From Bacteroidales bacterium (GTDB lineage Bacteria > Bacteroidota > Bacteroidia > Bacteroidales > VadinHA17): a stretch of 64,000 nt of DNA. Positions 42,901-52,983 of the stretch are shown one piece after another (within the stretch, counting starts at the first letter, position 1; every line of letters begins with the position of its first letter). A program made the position numbers and the translations under genes. The notes below the pieces were generated by a model. The model ran no database searches. It was given only the letters and a program-made list of their open reading frames with translations, and was not told the DNA's origin. The stretch lies in NCBI GenBank assembly GCA_035541795.1, contig DATKMR010000001.1, positions 584,396 through 648,395 of the forward strand, given 5' to 3'.

Positions 42901-43468
42901 GACATACTGTATTTTTCTTTTCAGCATTCACAATAATTTCACTCATTTTCTGTCTCGCCCTGAATAACCTGACCTTCACATTCTGCCTGCTAAGCCCGGT
43001 CACCTGCGATATCTTTTCCGTATCCATCTCTTCATAGTAGAATAGCGTTATAATTGCCCGGTCCTCCTCATTGAGATTCTGAAGGGCGAAAGCGACCAGC
43101 GACCTTTTGTATTCTTCAATCGCCGCATCCTCATCGTGAATCACAGAAAGGAAATCCGCCGCGTCGGCAGGGAACTCCTGGATTGACAATATCTTCTCCC
43201 TGCGTTTCCTGATCAGGGATATTGATGAGTTATAAACGATCCTGTAAAGCCAGGTCGAAAAGGTGCTGTTCATCTTAAAACCTTCAAGCGACCTGTAGGC
43301 TTTAAGGAATGAATCCTGCGCGATCTCTTCTGCATCTTCCCTGTTTCCTGAGATCCTCAAAGCAAGGTTGAAAACATTATCCTTATGCCTGTCGACCAGG
43401 TGGGTGAAAGCGTTGACCTTGCCGCCGAGTACCTGTTCTATATAATATATGTCCCCTTTGTAATCCAT
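42887..43468 (-). CDS. ECF RNA polymerase sigma factor
   Basis: DAEEIAQDSFLKAY, FSTWLYRI, NVKVRLFRAR. Confidence 0.93.
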   Translation of the reverse strand: MDYKGDIYYIEQVLGGKVNAFTHLVDRHKDNVFNLALRISGNREDAEEIAQDSFLKAYRSLEGFKMNSTFSTWLYRIVYNSSISLIRKRREKILSIQEFPADAADFLSVIHDEDAAIEEYKRSLVAFALQNLNEEDRAIITLFYYEEMDTEKISQVTGLSRQNVKVRLFRARQKMSEIIVNAEKKNTVCHEDK

Positions 43469-43477
43469 TCTGCCCGT

Positions 43478-43505
43478 TTGACGCAGAAAGTTACTAATCG
43501 GTTAC
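43478..43505 (-). promoter_or_regulatory. ECF promoter GTAACC-N16-CGTCAA for the sigma gene
   Basis: AAC/CGT-type ECF consensus; -10 ends 9 nt before the ATG. Confidence 0.7.
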
Positions 43506-43536
43506 CTGTTATCTGAAAATTATTTTTAAAATTCTT

Positions 43537-43564
43537 GTAACCGATCGTCAGCAACCTGTGTCTA
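43537..43564 (+). promoter_or_regulatory. ECF promoter GTAACC-N16-TGTCTA for the DUF6249-like gene
   Basis: Same GTAACCGAT -35 and spacer as the divergent promoter. Confidence 0.7.
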
Positions 43565-43603
43565 AAGGACAAAAATAGAGTATTAACTTAAAAACATGAA
43601 AAG

Positions 43604-43939
43604 ATGGAAGGCGTAATTATTTCAATAGCATTTTTTGCATCTGTGCTTGGGATTGTGTACCTCTTTTACACTACCAGGAACAAGGAAAGAATGGCTCTGA
43701 TCGAGAAAGGTGCTGATGCATCTCTCTTTAACACCGGTAAGGAAAAGGGAACTGGCTGGAGCAAGTTCACCCTTAAGATCGGCATGCTCTCAATTGGTGT
43801 GGCCCTTGGCATTATCTGCGGAGCAGTGCTCACACAGGCAGGCATACTGTACGACGGGGCGAATTACACTTCAATGATTTTCCTGTTCGGCGGTCTGTCG
43901 CTCGTTCTTTATTATCTGATAGACCGGAAAACAAGGTGA
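43604..43939 (+). CDS. DUF6249-like small membrane protein
   Basis: TM, RNKERMALIEKG, LKIG, two further TM helices. Confidence 0.75.
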   Translation: MEGVIISIAFFASVLGIVYLFYTTRNKERMALIEKGADASLFNTGKEKGTGWSKFTLKIGMLSIGVALGIICGAVLTQAGILYDGANYTSMIFLFGGLSLVLYYLIDRKTR

Positions 43940-43963
43940 TAACCTGTTAGCAGATATCACAGG

Positions 43964-43991
43964 AAAAGAGGTCCGGGGGCCTCTTTTTTTT
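43964..43991 (+). terminator. Intrinsic terminator
   Basis: aaaagagg...cctctttt plus T-run. Confidence 0.7.
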
Positions 43992-44023
43992 GTTATTTTT
44001 GTTCCTGTAAAAATGATGAGGTT

Positions 44024-45280
44024 ATGCTGTTTTTAAAGGACCCTGCCGTATGGCTGAAAGATTTTTTCATCGGTGCAGGTTTAACCTATGGTGTTTCCGC
44101 ATTTCTCAGTACGCTTTCGCTGATAATACTGATCACTTTACTCAGCTGGATAGCCAACATTGTTGCTAAGACCATTATCAGGACAATTGTTCTCAGGGTT
44201 GTCAGGAGGTCAAAATCGCAGTGGGACGACATATTCTACGAGCAGAAGGTCTTCACGAGGCTTTCTCATTTTGCTCCCGCACTGGTAATCTGGTTTACAT
44301 CGCGATGGGCACTCAGGTCATCTGTATTCTGGCTTTCGATGGTTCACTACCTGAACTACATTTACATGCTTTCAATCGGCATGGTGGTGGTCCTTTCATT
44401 TATAGAAGCCTGGAACAAAATATACGAGACTCTTCCCATTTCGAAGGACAGGAGCATAAAAGGTTACATTCAGCTGGTGAAGATAATGGTGGCAGTCTTC
44501 TTTCTGCTGCTGATGATCTCTGTTGTATTCAAGACCGATATAAGCAAGATAATAACAGGACTGGGTGCCATTGCGGCAATTCTGATCATCGTTTTCAAGG
44601 ATACACTCCTTGGTCTTGTCGGCAGCATCCAGCTGTCGGTTAACAAGATGCTTAAGGTGGGAGACTGGATAACAATGCCGGCAAGGGATGTCGACGGAGT
44701 TGTTACCGATATGTCGCTGAACACCGTAAAGGTCCAGAATTTTGATAAAACCATAATCACTATCCCGACCTACGCCCTTGTTTCAGAATCGTTCCAGAAC
44801 TGGACCGGTATGGAAGTCTCGGGTGTAAGGCAGATAAAGGGACCGCTGTTCATCGATATGCGCAGTATCCGGTTCATTGACGACAGGCTTAAGGAAAAGC
44901 TGTCGGGGTACCCCGCACTCATTGATTATATTGAAATGCATCAGGCTAGGAAAGAGAATGCAGGGCAGGAGAAACCCTTCTTCGACACTTCCAGGATCAC
45001 GAACCTCGGACTGTTCAGGTTTTATGCAGAGGAATATCTCAGGTCGCACCCGATGATAGACAACAAAAATACCATAATGCTGCGTCACAGGACCCCGACA
45101 GGAAACGGTCTGCCGGTACAGGTTTATGCCTACAGCGCAAACAATGAATTCGTTAAATATGAACACCTTCAGTCAGAGATATTCGAACACTTCTATGCAA
45201 TACTTAACGAGTTCGGCCTGAGGGTATATCAGCAGCCAACCGGCGACGACATCCTCGAACTCACCGAAAGAAGAATTTAA
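44024..45280 (+). CDS. MscS-family mechanosensitive channel (YbdG-like)
   Basis: FKDTLLGLV, GDWITMP, VKVQNFDKTI, FQNW, YQQP. Confidence 0.9.
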   Translation: MLFLKDPAVWLKDFFIGAGLTYGVSAFLSTLSLIILITLLSWIANIVAKTIIRTIVLRVVRRSKSQWDDIFYEQKVFTRLSHFAPALVIWFTSRWALRSSVFWLSMVHYLNYIYMLSIGMVVVLSFIEAWNKIYETLPISKDRSIKGYIQLVKIMVAVFFLLLMISVVFKTDISKIITGLGAIAAILIIVFKDTLLGLVGSIQLSVNKMLKVGDWITMPARDVDGVVTDMSLNTVKVQNFDKTIITIPTYALVSESFQNWTGMEVSGVRQIKGPLFIDMRSIRFIDDRLKEKLSGYPALIDYIEMHQARKENAGQEKPFFDTSRITNLGLFRFYAEEYLRSHPMIDNKNTIMLRHRTPTGNGLPVQVYAYSANNEFVKYEHLQSEIFEHFYAILNEFGLRVYQQPTGDDILELTERRI

Positions 45281-45301
45281 CAGAACCAATAATCGGGATA
45301 T

Positions 45302-46519
45302 ATGTCAGATCATAACAGGAAGATAACTGAATTCATCCTTAAAGGCATAGATGAGAAGCCTGTAATCGCAAGGGATGATATATTCTGGGATTCTCTTAGG
45401 AAAACCGGTACCCAGCTTTGGCTCGATACGGGTGACATGGAGGAGGCCGAATCGAACTGGACGGCGGAGATGAGCGCCCTGACAACCAATAACACCCTTA
45501 TCAATAATGAGATCCAGAAGGGAATCTATGATGATTTCATATCTGAGGCAAAGCCTCTTGTAAGTGGTCTGCCCGGGGATGAAAAAGTGCGTGAGATTGC
45601 ATTTATCCTTAATGCAAGGCACGGAATGAGACTGGCGAAGAGGTTCGGAGGTTCGGTAAGCGTTGAGCTTCATACTGATACTGCCCACGACCTTAAGGCA
45701 ATTGAATATTACGGCAAGAGATACCATGAAATTAATCCTCAGCAGTTTATAGTCAAGGTACCTTACACGGCAACCGGATTGCTTGGTGCCCGAATCCTAA
45801 GAAATGCCGGGATAAGAATTAATTTCACCCTCGAGTTTTCGGCCCGCGAAAATGTCCTGGTTACGATGGTTGCCAGGCCCGATTACCTGAATGTCTTCCT
45901 GGGAAGGATAGGAGCATACATGGTCAGCAACAAGCTTGGCGACGGATCCGGGGCAGGAGAGATGGCCGTATTGTCGACCCAGAGGTGGGTCACAAAACTT
46001 TCTAAGCTGAATCCCTGGCCGACAAGGCTGATTGCCGCCAGCCTTAGGAATTTCGGACAGCTGGAGCTGCTTGCCGGAACCGATGTTTACACAATGCCTC
46101 CTAAAGTTGCATCGGCAGGCAGGGCAAGTCTCAGCGGAAATTTCTCCTGCAGGCTCAATGAGAATTATATGGTCGATATGAATGAAGCGGCAAAAGGCAC
46201 AGGTGTTGAGAAGTTCTGGGAAGTTGATGGAAAGGTCGAGAAGCTTGCCCTGGAACTTTCGGCCAGGGTTCCGGGTTCAGGCGATGAACTTGTTGAAAGG
46301 GTCCATGAAGCCGGATGCGGAGACATGTTTCCTTTACTCTCAGCCGAAGAATATGAAAGGATCGACAGGGAGGGTAAAATCCCTGTTTTCACGACATGGG
46401 AGGAAAAAATACGAAAGGGCCTGATTGCACCGGATACTCTTCTTACGCTTGCAGGACTGGCTTCATTCACGTCTGACCAGGCGATGCTCGACAGGAGGAT
46501 CAGGGATATTATTGGCTGA
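45302..46519 (+). CDS. Transaldolase family protein
   Basis: LWLDTG, TTNNT, SVEL, VKVP (Schiff-base Lys), INFTL, FLGR, AASLR. Confidence 0.82.
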   Translation: MSDHNRKITEFILKGIDEKPVIARDDIFWDSLRKTGTQLWLDTGDMEEAESNWTAEMSALTTNNTLINNEIQKGIYDDFISEAKPLVSGLPGDEKVREIAFILNARHGMRLAKRFGGSVSVELHTDTAHDLKAIEYYGKRYHEINPQQFIVKVPYTATGLLGARILRNAGIRINFTLEFSARENVLVTMVARPDYLNVFLGRIGAYMVSNKLGDGSGAGEMAVLSTQRWVTKLSKLNPWPTRLIAASLRNFGQLELLAGTDVYTMPPKVASAGRASLSGNFSCRLNENYMVDMNEAAKGTGVEKFWEVDGKVEKLALELSARVPGSGDELVERVHEAGCGDMFPLLSAEEYERIDREGKIPVFTTWEEKIRKGLIAPDTLLTLAGLASFTSDQAMLDRRIRDIIG

Positions 46520-46520
46520 A

Positions 46521-47261
46521 TCAGCTCCCTCTCTGCCTTCTGATCTCGTATAGGATTATTCCCGAGGCGACCGATACATTCAGCGAAGCAATTTTACCTG
46601 CCATTGGAATACTGACTTTCCGGTCAGCCTCTGATAGAAGTTCCCTGCTGATGCCACGGTCCTCCGATCCCATTACCACAAGAACTGGACCGGTGAGGTC
46701 ATTCATAAAGAGATCTGAACCGTTTTTTTCGTCAGCACATATCAACTTCAGGCCGGATTCCTTAAGGAACTGTGCTGTTTTCAGGAGGCTTCGCTCCCTG
46801 CAAACAGGAAAGGTGTGAAGGGCCCCGGCAGAGGTCTTGACAGCATCGGCTGTGATCCTGGCTGACCCTCTTTCCGGTATTATTATTGCATGGGCTCCCA
46901 GGCAGTCGGCAGTTCTGACAATTGCTCCGAAATTCCTGACATCAGATACACCATCGAGCATTATCAGGAATGGGTCTTCCCCTTTTTCGTAGATCGAAGG
47001 AAGAATATTGTCGATATGCTGGAATTCAATCAGCGAAAGCCATGCTATTATGCCCTGGTGATTTTTTCTTGTCTGAAGGTTCAGCCTCTCTTCAGGAACC
47101 ACCTGGTATCCTATCCCGTTTTCCCGGACAGCTACCATCAGTTCGTGATAAAGCGCACCCTGCATGCCTTCCCTGACGAGGAGGCGGTCGATCTGCCTTC
47201 CGGCTTTGATAGCTTCAATCACGGGTCTGAGACCAAAAATATAATCAGTTTCCTTTGGCAT
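46521..47261 (-). CDS. rlmB: 23S rRNA (guanosine2251-2'-O)-methyltransferase
   Basis: NHQG, DVRNFGAIVRT, GSEDRG, SLNVSVA. Confidence 0.92.
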   Translation of the reverse strand: MPKETDYIFGLRPVIEAIKAGRQIDRLLVREGMQGALYHELMVAVRENGIGYQVVPEERLNLQTRKNHQGIIAWLSLIEFQHIDNILPSIYEKGEDPFLIMLDGVSDVRNFGAIVRTADCLGAHAIIIPERGSARITADAVKTSAGALHTFPVCRERSLLKTAQFLKESGLKLICADEKNGSDLFMNDLTGPVLVVMGSEDRGISRELLSEADRKVSIPMAGKIASLNVSVASGIILYEIRRQRGS

Positions 47262-47264
47262 ATC

Positions 47265-48599
47265 TTATTGTAAATCGGACGGGTTGTCGAGCCTGAATAC
47301 TATTCCTCTTCGCCATGCAAGAACGGCTTTATCCCAGTAGCTCACCGATGTTTCACTCCTGTCGATCGAGTACTCGTTGTCGGAGAATATATTGTCTCTT
47401 TTCCTGAAATTAAACTCGAGAAATTCTTCCCTGACACTATATGAAGTACCCCACGATGACTTGACAAGCTCTTTCCTGTAACCCCATGTCTCACCGTCAG
47501 GAGATTTGTACATCCGGTCGGGAGGCCCGTAAATCATGTAGATCATCCCACGATCGGTTCTCCATCCTTCCTTGTATGAGGTGAAATAATAGTTGGCATA
47601 CAATATCCGTGTATAATAAATCCTGATAAGTTCCCTTGACTTTTCCACATTTCCACCGCATTTGAGCCAGAATCCGTCAAGTGCAACCTTGGGTTTCGGG
47701 TTTGATTTAAGATCAGACATCTCATCCTCCGATGCAAGGTAGCACAGAGGCTCAATCATCTGTTCGGGCGATGTCATGCCTGGAAACTCTGCACCGAAAT
47801 TGAGAAATGTGTAACCTTCATTATGGTTCTTACCTACAGAACAGAGGTAGATTCCCTTCCTCGGAAACATCAGCGGCAATGTATCAGAATAGCTCAGCGC
47901 CACAACCGTATCGGGCTTGACCGGCCCTGGCTTTTCTGGAAGCACCGTCGTTGGAGGATAAGGAAATTCGAGGTAGGGTTTGTAAACGGAAATAAAGAGG
48001 CTGTCGGGCCTGGGACCACCATAAACAAGATTGAAGAATTCTCCCTTCCTTACCATAGGTTTGAGCAGCTCGTTTTTCAGAATATGCCCCCTGGCGTAAA
48101 AATTGTACCTGCTGAATGCCGAGGTAGTATTGAAAGGGACGAATGCCTGAACCATAATTTGTCTTATGTTATCCTTGATCTTGACCTCGGCCATATATTC
48201 ACATCCCTTTTCGACTTTAAGGGGAAGCTTATACAGATATTCAAGTCTAGATTTTTCTCTTGGAATATCAAGCGTCACAAGGGCTGTGTCGCTTATTGCC
48301 ATGCCATGGGTCAGGTTAAAGAGCTTTACACCCACCGTTACCATCGCCATCGGGATGCCGGAGGAGTTGGCCTCGTTGAAATACAGGTCGTTGCTGAAAA
48401 ATTTTACCGACAATTCGGATTTATCGTCTGTCTCATTGAACACGCTGTACCTGGGGTTCATTGCAGTCTTCAGCGGGTTGTACAGGTAAGAAAGATCCTT
48501 TGTATCCGCAGGAGGCTTCTGAATAGTGCACGCGACCATTGCAGCAATTAAGAAAATTATAGCTGCAATGCTGGCTCTTATTACCGTTCTGATGATCAT
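47265..48599 (-). CDS. GWxTD domain lipoprotein
   Basis: Lipobox MVAC; ANYYF...EGWRTDRGMIYMIYGPP. Confidence 0.88.
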   Translation of the reverse strand: MIIRTVIRASIAAIIFLIAAMVACTIQKPPADTKDLSYLYNPLKTAMNPRYSVFNETDDKSELSVKFFSNDLYFNEANSSGIPMAMVTVGVKLFNLTHGMAISDTALVTLDIPREKSRLEYLYKLPLKVEKGCEYMAEVKIKDNIRQIMVQAFVPFNTTSAFSRYNFYARGHILKNELLKPMVRKGEFFNLVYGGPRPDSLFISVYKPYLEFPYPPTTVLPEKPGPVKPDTVVALSYSDTLPLMFPRKGIYLCSVGKNHNEGYTFLNFGAEFPGMTSPEQMIEPLCYLASEDEMSDLKSNPKPKVALDGFWLKCGGNVEKSRELIRIYYTRILYANYYFTSYKEGWRTDRGMIYMIYGPPDRMYKSPDGETWGYRKELVKSSWGTSYSVREEFLEFNFRKRDNIFSDNEYSIDRSETSVSYWDKAVLAWRRGIVFRLDNPSDLQ

Positions 48600-48620
48600 T
48601 CCTTAAAATTAGTAAACTTT

Positions 48621-49382
48621 TTATTGCGGGCAAATCTCCCAGTGAATCTGCGCCCTGCACAGCTCTGTATTATCAACGGTCCTGATCACCGAATGATTGC
48701 ACAAAGCCTCATTATTTTTGCCGGCCGATGTCGCTATGATTATCTCTTCACCTATTCTCGATTCGGCAAGATAGTTTATCTCTATGAAGGAGGGATTGTG
48801 TTTCTGCCTGAATTCCAGGTCGTATGAATCTGTTATCCATTCAAGGTACTTGACATTATTCACATGCAGGTTTATGTCCAGGTCACTTATGGCAACCCTA
48901 TATGCCTGCGAATGCACAGCATCACCCGCCACGGGCCCGACCTTTGAAGCGTTTCCCGATATTGCGCTTTTTACAGGGAATCCTTCATTGAAATGAGAGA
49001 GAACCGAATCGGGTCTCTGAACCCTTCTCGACGTCCTGTCGACAACCAGCCACGAAGATGATCCCAGCGCCACGGATTCGCCATGCGAATCTGTCACCTC
49101 AAAGTCCCTCAGGGCAAAGAGCTTGTCGGTTCCCCTTGGCCAGGTTTTTACATCGATCGACTCGCCCCAGGAGGGCCAGTATATCACTTTAACGGCAATC
49201 CTTGACAATACCCAGAACCTGTTCTCTTTCAGGAGATCATCCTTGCCGAACCTCAGAAGCTCGGCATGTTCGGAAGCAATATCCTGCAGGTAGTTGAAAA
49301 GAGAATGAGGGCTCAACTTTCCGTTAAAGCCCATTTCATATACAGGAATCCTGTACTTCTTTGAGAATTCAAGCTGTTCCAT
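48621..49382 (-). CDS. Acyl-ACP thioesterase
   Basis: LQDIASEHA, WVLSR, TWPRG, DLDINLHVNNVKY. Confidence 0.9.
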   Translation of the reverse strand: MEQLEFSKKYRIPVYEMGFNGKLSPHSLFNYLQDIASEHAELLRFGKDDLLKENRFWVLSRIAVKVIYWPSWGESIDVKTWPRGTDKLFALRDFEVTDSHGESVALGSSSWLVVDRTSRRVQRPDSVLSHFNEGFPVKSAISGNASKVGPVAGDAVHSQAYRVAISDLDINLHVNNVKYLEWITDSYDLEFRQKHNPSFIEINYLAESRIGEEIIIATSAGKNNEALCNHSVIRTVDNTELCRAQIHWEICPQ

Positions 49383-51328
49383 TACTGGTTATCTTTTAAA
49401 AATGTTTCCAGTTCGGCTGTATAATCGCCCCAGAGTGTCATTTTCTGGCTAAGTTTCTTCTTCAGGTCATTGTATTTATTGAAAAGATCCACTGTAATCT
49501 CCTGAACATTTGCAGGATCAGAAAGCCTACGGTCAAGCCCGGCAATTTCCTTCTCAAGAGCTTCAATATCATTTTCGATATCTTCAACTCTCCTGGTAAG
49601 TCTCCTGGCATTTTTTTCAAACTCCTTTTTCTCTATATATTTTTTCTTGTTATCTGAATCTTTTGTACCGGACCTTTCGGATGCCATCAGTATATCTTTC
49701 CTTTCCAGCTCCTTCAGACTCTCGATCTTCTTCCTGCGCAGGAAATCGTAGATACCGCCTATGTTCTCCTTTATCTTCTTTTTCCTGAACTCATAAACCT
49801 TTCCGACAAGGCCGTCGAGGAAGTCCCTGTCATGAGACACTACAATAAGTGTTCCATCATATTTTGAGAGAGCCTGCTTCAGAATATCCTTCGACCTCAT
49901 GTCGAGGTGATTTGTCGGCTCATCAAGCACAAGCAGGTTATAAGGCTCCAGCAGAAGCCTGACAAGGGCAAGCCTTGACCTTTCGCCTCCCGACAGCACC
50001 TTGACCTTCTTATCGATATCCTCACCGCGGAAGAGGAAAGCGGCCAGAAGATCCCTTAGCTTTGACCGGATATCTCCTTTGGCCACGTTGTCTATTGTCT
50101 GGAACACGGTAATATTTTCATCGAGAAGTTCATCCTGGTTCTGGGCGAAGTAGCCTGTTTTTACATTGTGCCCGGTTTTAATATTTGCACCGGCGGAGAG
50201 TTCACCGATAATGATCCTCGAAAATGTTGTTTTGCCTTCACCGTTCCTTCCGACAAAGGCTACTTTCTCACCTCTTTCGATTGTAAAATCGACGTTGTCG
50301 AGCACAGTATGATCGTCATATGAGAAAGAAAGCTGGTCAGCCGCCACTACCACTGAACCCGAGCGTGGCGCCGGGGCAAACCTTATGTTAATTGTACTGG
50401 TATCCTCTTCATCGACCTCTATCCTCTCAACCTTGTCGAGCTGTTTTATCTTCGACTGCACTTGCACGGCCTTCGTGGCCTTATACCTGAATCTTTCAAT
50501 GAATTTTTCTGTGTCCCCGATCATCTTCTGCTGGTTCCTGAATGCGGCAAGCTGCTGCTCCCTTCTTTCTTTCCTCAGTTCGACAAATTTTGACCAGGGA
50601 ACCCTGTAGTCGTAGATCTTGCCCAATGAAATTTCTATCGTTCTCCTGGTTACATTATCCAGAAAAGCGCGGTCGTGCGATACCACAATAACCGCACCCT
50701 GGTAGGCCGAAAGAAAAGATTCGATCCATTGGATTGATTCGATGTCGAGGTGATTTGTAGGCTCATCGAGTAAAAAAAGTGACGGTTTCCGGAGAAGGAG
50801 CTTTGCAAGTTCCACCCTCATGCGCCATCCCCCGCTAAGCTCACTCGTGGGTCTGTCGAATTCATCCCTATCAAAGCCCAGTCCCATCAGGGTTTGTTCA
50901 GTCTCACCCATATAATTGTCGCCTCCGAGAATCCTGTACCTCTCCTCTGCCACTGTCAGGTGATCACAAAGCCTGAGGTAATCGTCAGATTCGTAATCCT
51001 TCCTGTCTGAGATCTCGCGTGTTACCTTAACAATCTCTTCCGACAGTCCGGATAGTTCTGAAAAGGCAGCCAGTACTTCATTCAGGACGGATGTAGTATC
51101 GCTTACCTTCATCTGCTGGGGAAGGTAACCTATAGTAAAGTCTTTCGGAGCTTCTATCTTGCCCGATGTCGCATTCTGCAGGCCGGCAATTATCCTCAGA
51201 AGGGTGGATTTTCCTGCCCCGTTTTTTCCTGCCAGCCCAATCCTGTCACCCTGGTTGATAAGGAATGATATATCCGTGAGAAGATCAAAGCTGCCGAAGG
51301 AAACTGATATGTTCTGTACGGAAAGCAT
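49382..51328 (-). CDS. ABC-F family ATP-binding protein
   Basis: Two NBDs (GKNGAGKST, GRNGEGKTT, LSGG, DEPTNHLD twice), no TM, C-terminal coiled coil. Confidence 0.93.
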   Translation of the reverse strand: MLSVQNISVSFGSFDLLTDISFLINQGDRIGLAGKNGAGKSTLLRIIAGLQNATSGKIEAPKDFTIGYLPQQMKVSDTTSVLNEVLAAFSELSGLSEEIVKVTREISDRKDYESDDYLRLCDHLTVAEERYRILGGDNYMGETEQTLMGLGFDRDEFDRPTSELSGGWRMRVELAKLLLRKPSLFLLDEPTNHLDIESIQWIESFLSAYQGAVIVVSHDRAFLDNVTRRTIEISLGKIYDYRVPWSKFVELRKERREQQLAAFRNQQKMIGDTEKFIERFRYKATKAVQVQSKIKQLDKVERIEVDEEDTSTINIRFAPAPRSGSVVVAADQLSFSYDDHTVLDNVDFTIERGEKVAFVGRNGEGKTTFSRIIIGELSAGANIKTGHNVKTGYFAQNQDELLDENITVFQTIDNVAKGDIRSKLRDLLAAFLFRGEDIDKKVKVLSGGERSRLALVRLLLEPYNLLVLDEPTNHLDMRSKDILKQALSKYDGTLIVVSHDRDFLDGLVGKVYEFRKKKIKENIGGIYDFLRRKKIESLKELERKDILMASERSGTKDSDNKKKYIEKKEFEKNARRLTRRVEDIENDIEALEKEIAGLDRRLSDPANVQEITVDLFNKYNDLKKKLSQKMTLWGDYTAELETFLKDNQ

Positions 51329-51475
51329 CAGCTGAAATTTCGAAGGGCAAATATATGAAATGGTTTGTGTAACTTTGCGGCTCCCCTGTCTTAAGTTAAT
51401 CCTGGAATTGTCAACAGGCTCATTTCCAGGTTAATCTGAAGCAACAGGTGGAGCAGCTGCAGAAGTTTAAAAGAT

Positions 51476-52888
51476 TTGAAAGTGGGAAGGAAGAAAAATT
51501 TACCAGTACTTGAGAGGGTTTTGATCACCGATATTGGCGCTGAGGGAAATGCCGTTGCCAGGGTTGACGGCCAGGTGGTTTTTGTGCCGATGCTTGTCCC
51601 GGGCGATGTTGCCGATATCAGGGTGATAAGGAAGAGGAAGAAATTCATGGAGGGCCTGCCCTTGAAATTCCATGAGTATTCCGGCATGCGCATAGAGCCG
51701 GTCTGCAGGCATTTCGGAATATGCGGGGGGTGCAAATGGCAGCATCTTCCCTACAGTGAGCAGCTGAAATGGAAAATGCGGCAGGTCTCAGACAATTTAT
51801 CCAGGATAGGAGGGATTGATCTCCCAGAAATAATGCCGGTACTCGGGTCGGAGAATAGGTACTGTTACAGGAACAAGCTTGAATTTACCTTCTCGAACAG
51901 GAAATGGCTGACAAGGGAGGAGATTGAATCGGGAGAAGTGGCTGAACACAAAAATGCTCTTGGGTTCCATATTCCCGGTCTGTTTGACAAGGTGCTGGAT
52001 ATTGAGTTCTGCCACTTGCAGGATGAACCGGTCAATGCCATCAGGAATGAGATTAGCAGGTATTCGTCGGAAAACGGTCTCGAGTTTTTTGACCTGAGGG
52101 AACAGAAAGGTCTGCTGAGAAACCTGATTGTCAGGAATACGTTAAGCGGTGAAATCATGGTAATCGTCGTATTCTTTTACGACGATCCTGAAAAAAGGAA
52201 AAATCTTCTTGATCATATTGCTTCGGAGTTTCCAGCAATAACTTCCCTGATGTACATAATAAATCCAAAAAAGAACGATTCAATAAGCGACCTAGGAGCA
52301 GAACTGTACAAAGGCAAGGATCATCTTGTTGAGCATATGGACGGGCTTAAATTCAGGGTGGGACCGAAATCCTTCTACCAGACTAACAGCCGGCAGGGAG
52401 AAAGGCTTTACAGGGTAGTCAGGGATTTTGCCGCACTTAAAGGTGATGAAACTGTTTATGATCTTTACACCGGAACCGGCACAATTGCAAATTATGTAGC
52501 CAGATCCGCATCAAAGGTCATTGGAATTGAATACGTTGCGGAAGCTATTGCTGATGCCAGGCAGAATTCAGGAATTAATGGCATTTCTAACACCATTTTC
52601 TTTACCGGAGATATCAAAAATATCCTTACCGGCAGCTTCATGAATGAGAACGGGGCGCCGGATGTTATAATTACTGACCCGCCCAGGGCAGGAATGCATG
52701 AGGATGTCGTAAGAGTAGTTCTTTCTTCGTTGGCCGGGAGAATTGTATATGTGAGCTGTAATCCGGCAACACAGGCCCGTGACCTTAAAATCCTTGATGA
52801 AAAATACAGGGTCGAAGCGGTCCAGCCGGTCGATATGTTTCCCCAGACGCATCATATTGAGAACGTTGTCCTCCTTATTAAAAGATAA
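51476..52888 (+). CDS. rlmD: 23S rRNA (uracil1939-C5)-methyltransferase
   Basis: TRAM domain, CRHFGICGGC, FYQTN, DPPRAG, YVSCN, DMFPQTHHIE. Start may be GTG at 51482. Confidence 0.93.
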   Translation: MKVGRKKNLPVLERVLITDIGAEGNAVARVDGQVVFVPMLVPGDVADIRVIRKRKKFMEGLPLKFHEYSGMRIEPVCRHFGICGGCKWQHLPYSEQLKWKMRQVSDNLSRIGGIDLPEIMPVLGSENRYCYRNKLEFTFSNRKWLTREEIESGEVAEHKNALGFHIPGLFDKVLDIEFCHLQDEPVNAIRNEISRYSSENGLEFFDLREQKGLLRNLIVRNTLSGEIMVIVVFFYDDPEKRKNLLDHIASEFPAITSLMYIINPKKNDSISDLGAELYKGKDHLVEHMDGLKFRVGPKSFYQTNSRQGERLYRVVRDFAALKGDETVYDLYTGTGTIANYVARSASKVIGIEYVAEAIADARQNSGINGISNTIFFTGDIKNILTGSFMNENGAPDVIITDPPRAGMHEDVVRVVLSSLAGRIVYVSCNPATQARDLKILDEKYRVEAVQPVDMFPQTHHIENVVLLIKR

Positions 52889-52983
52889 TTCGGCCATTTT
52901 AAACCTTCAACTCTTCAACCCGGAAACTCCCAACTCATTCATTTTTTAATGTATATTTAAGGTCTGATTGAGTTATTGCGTTG

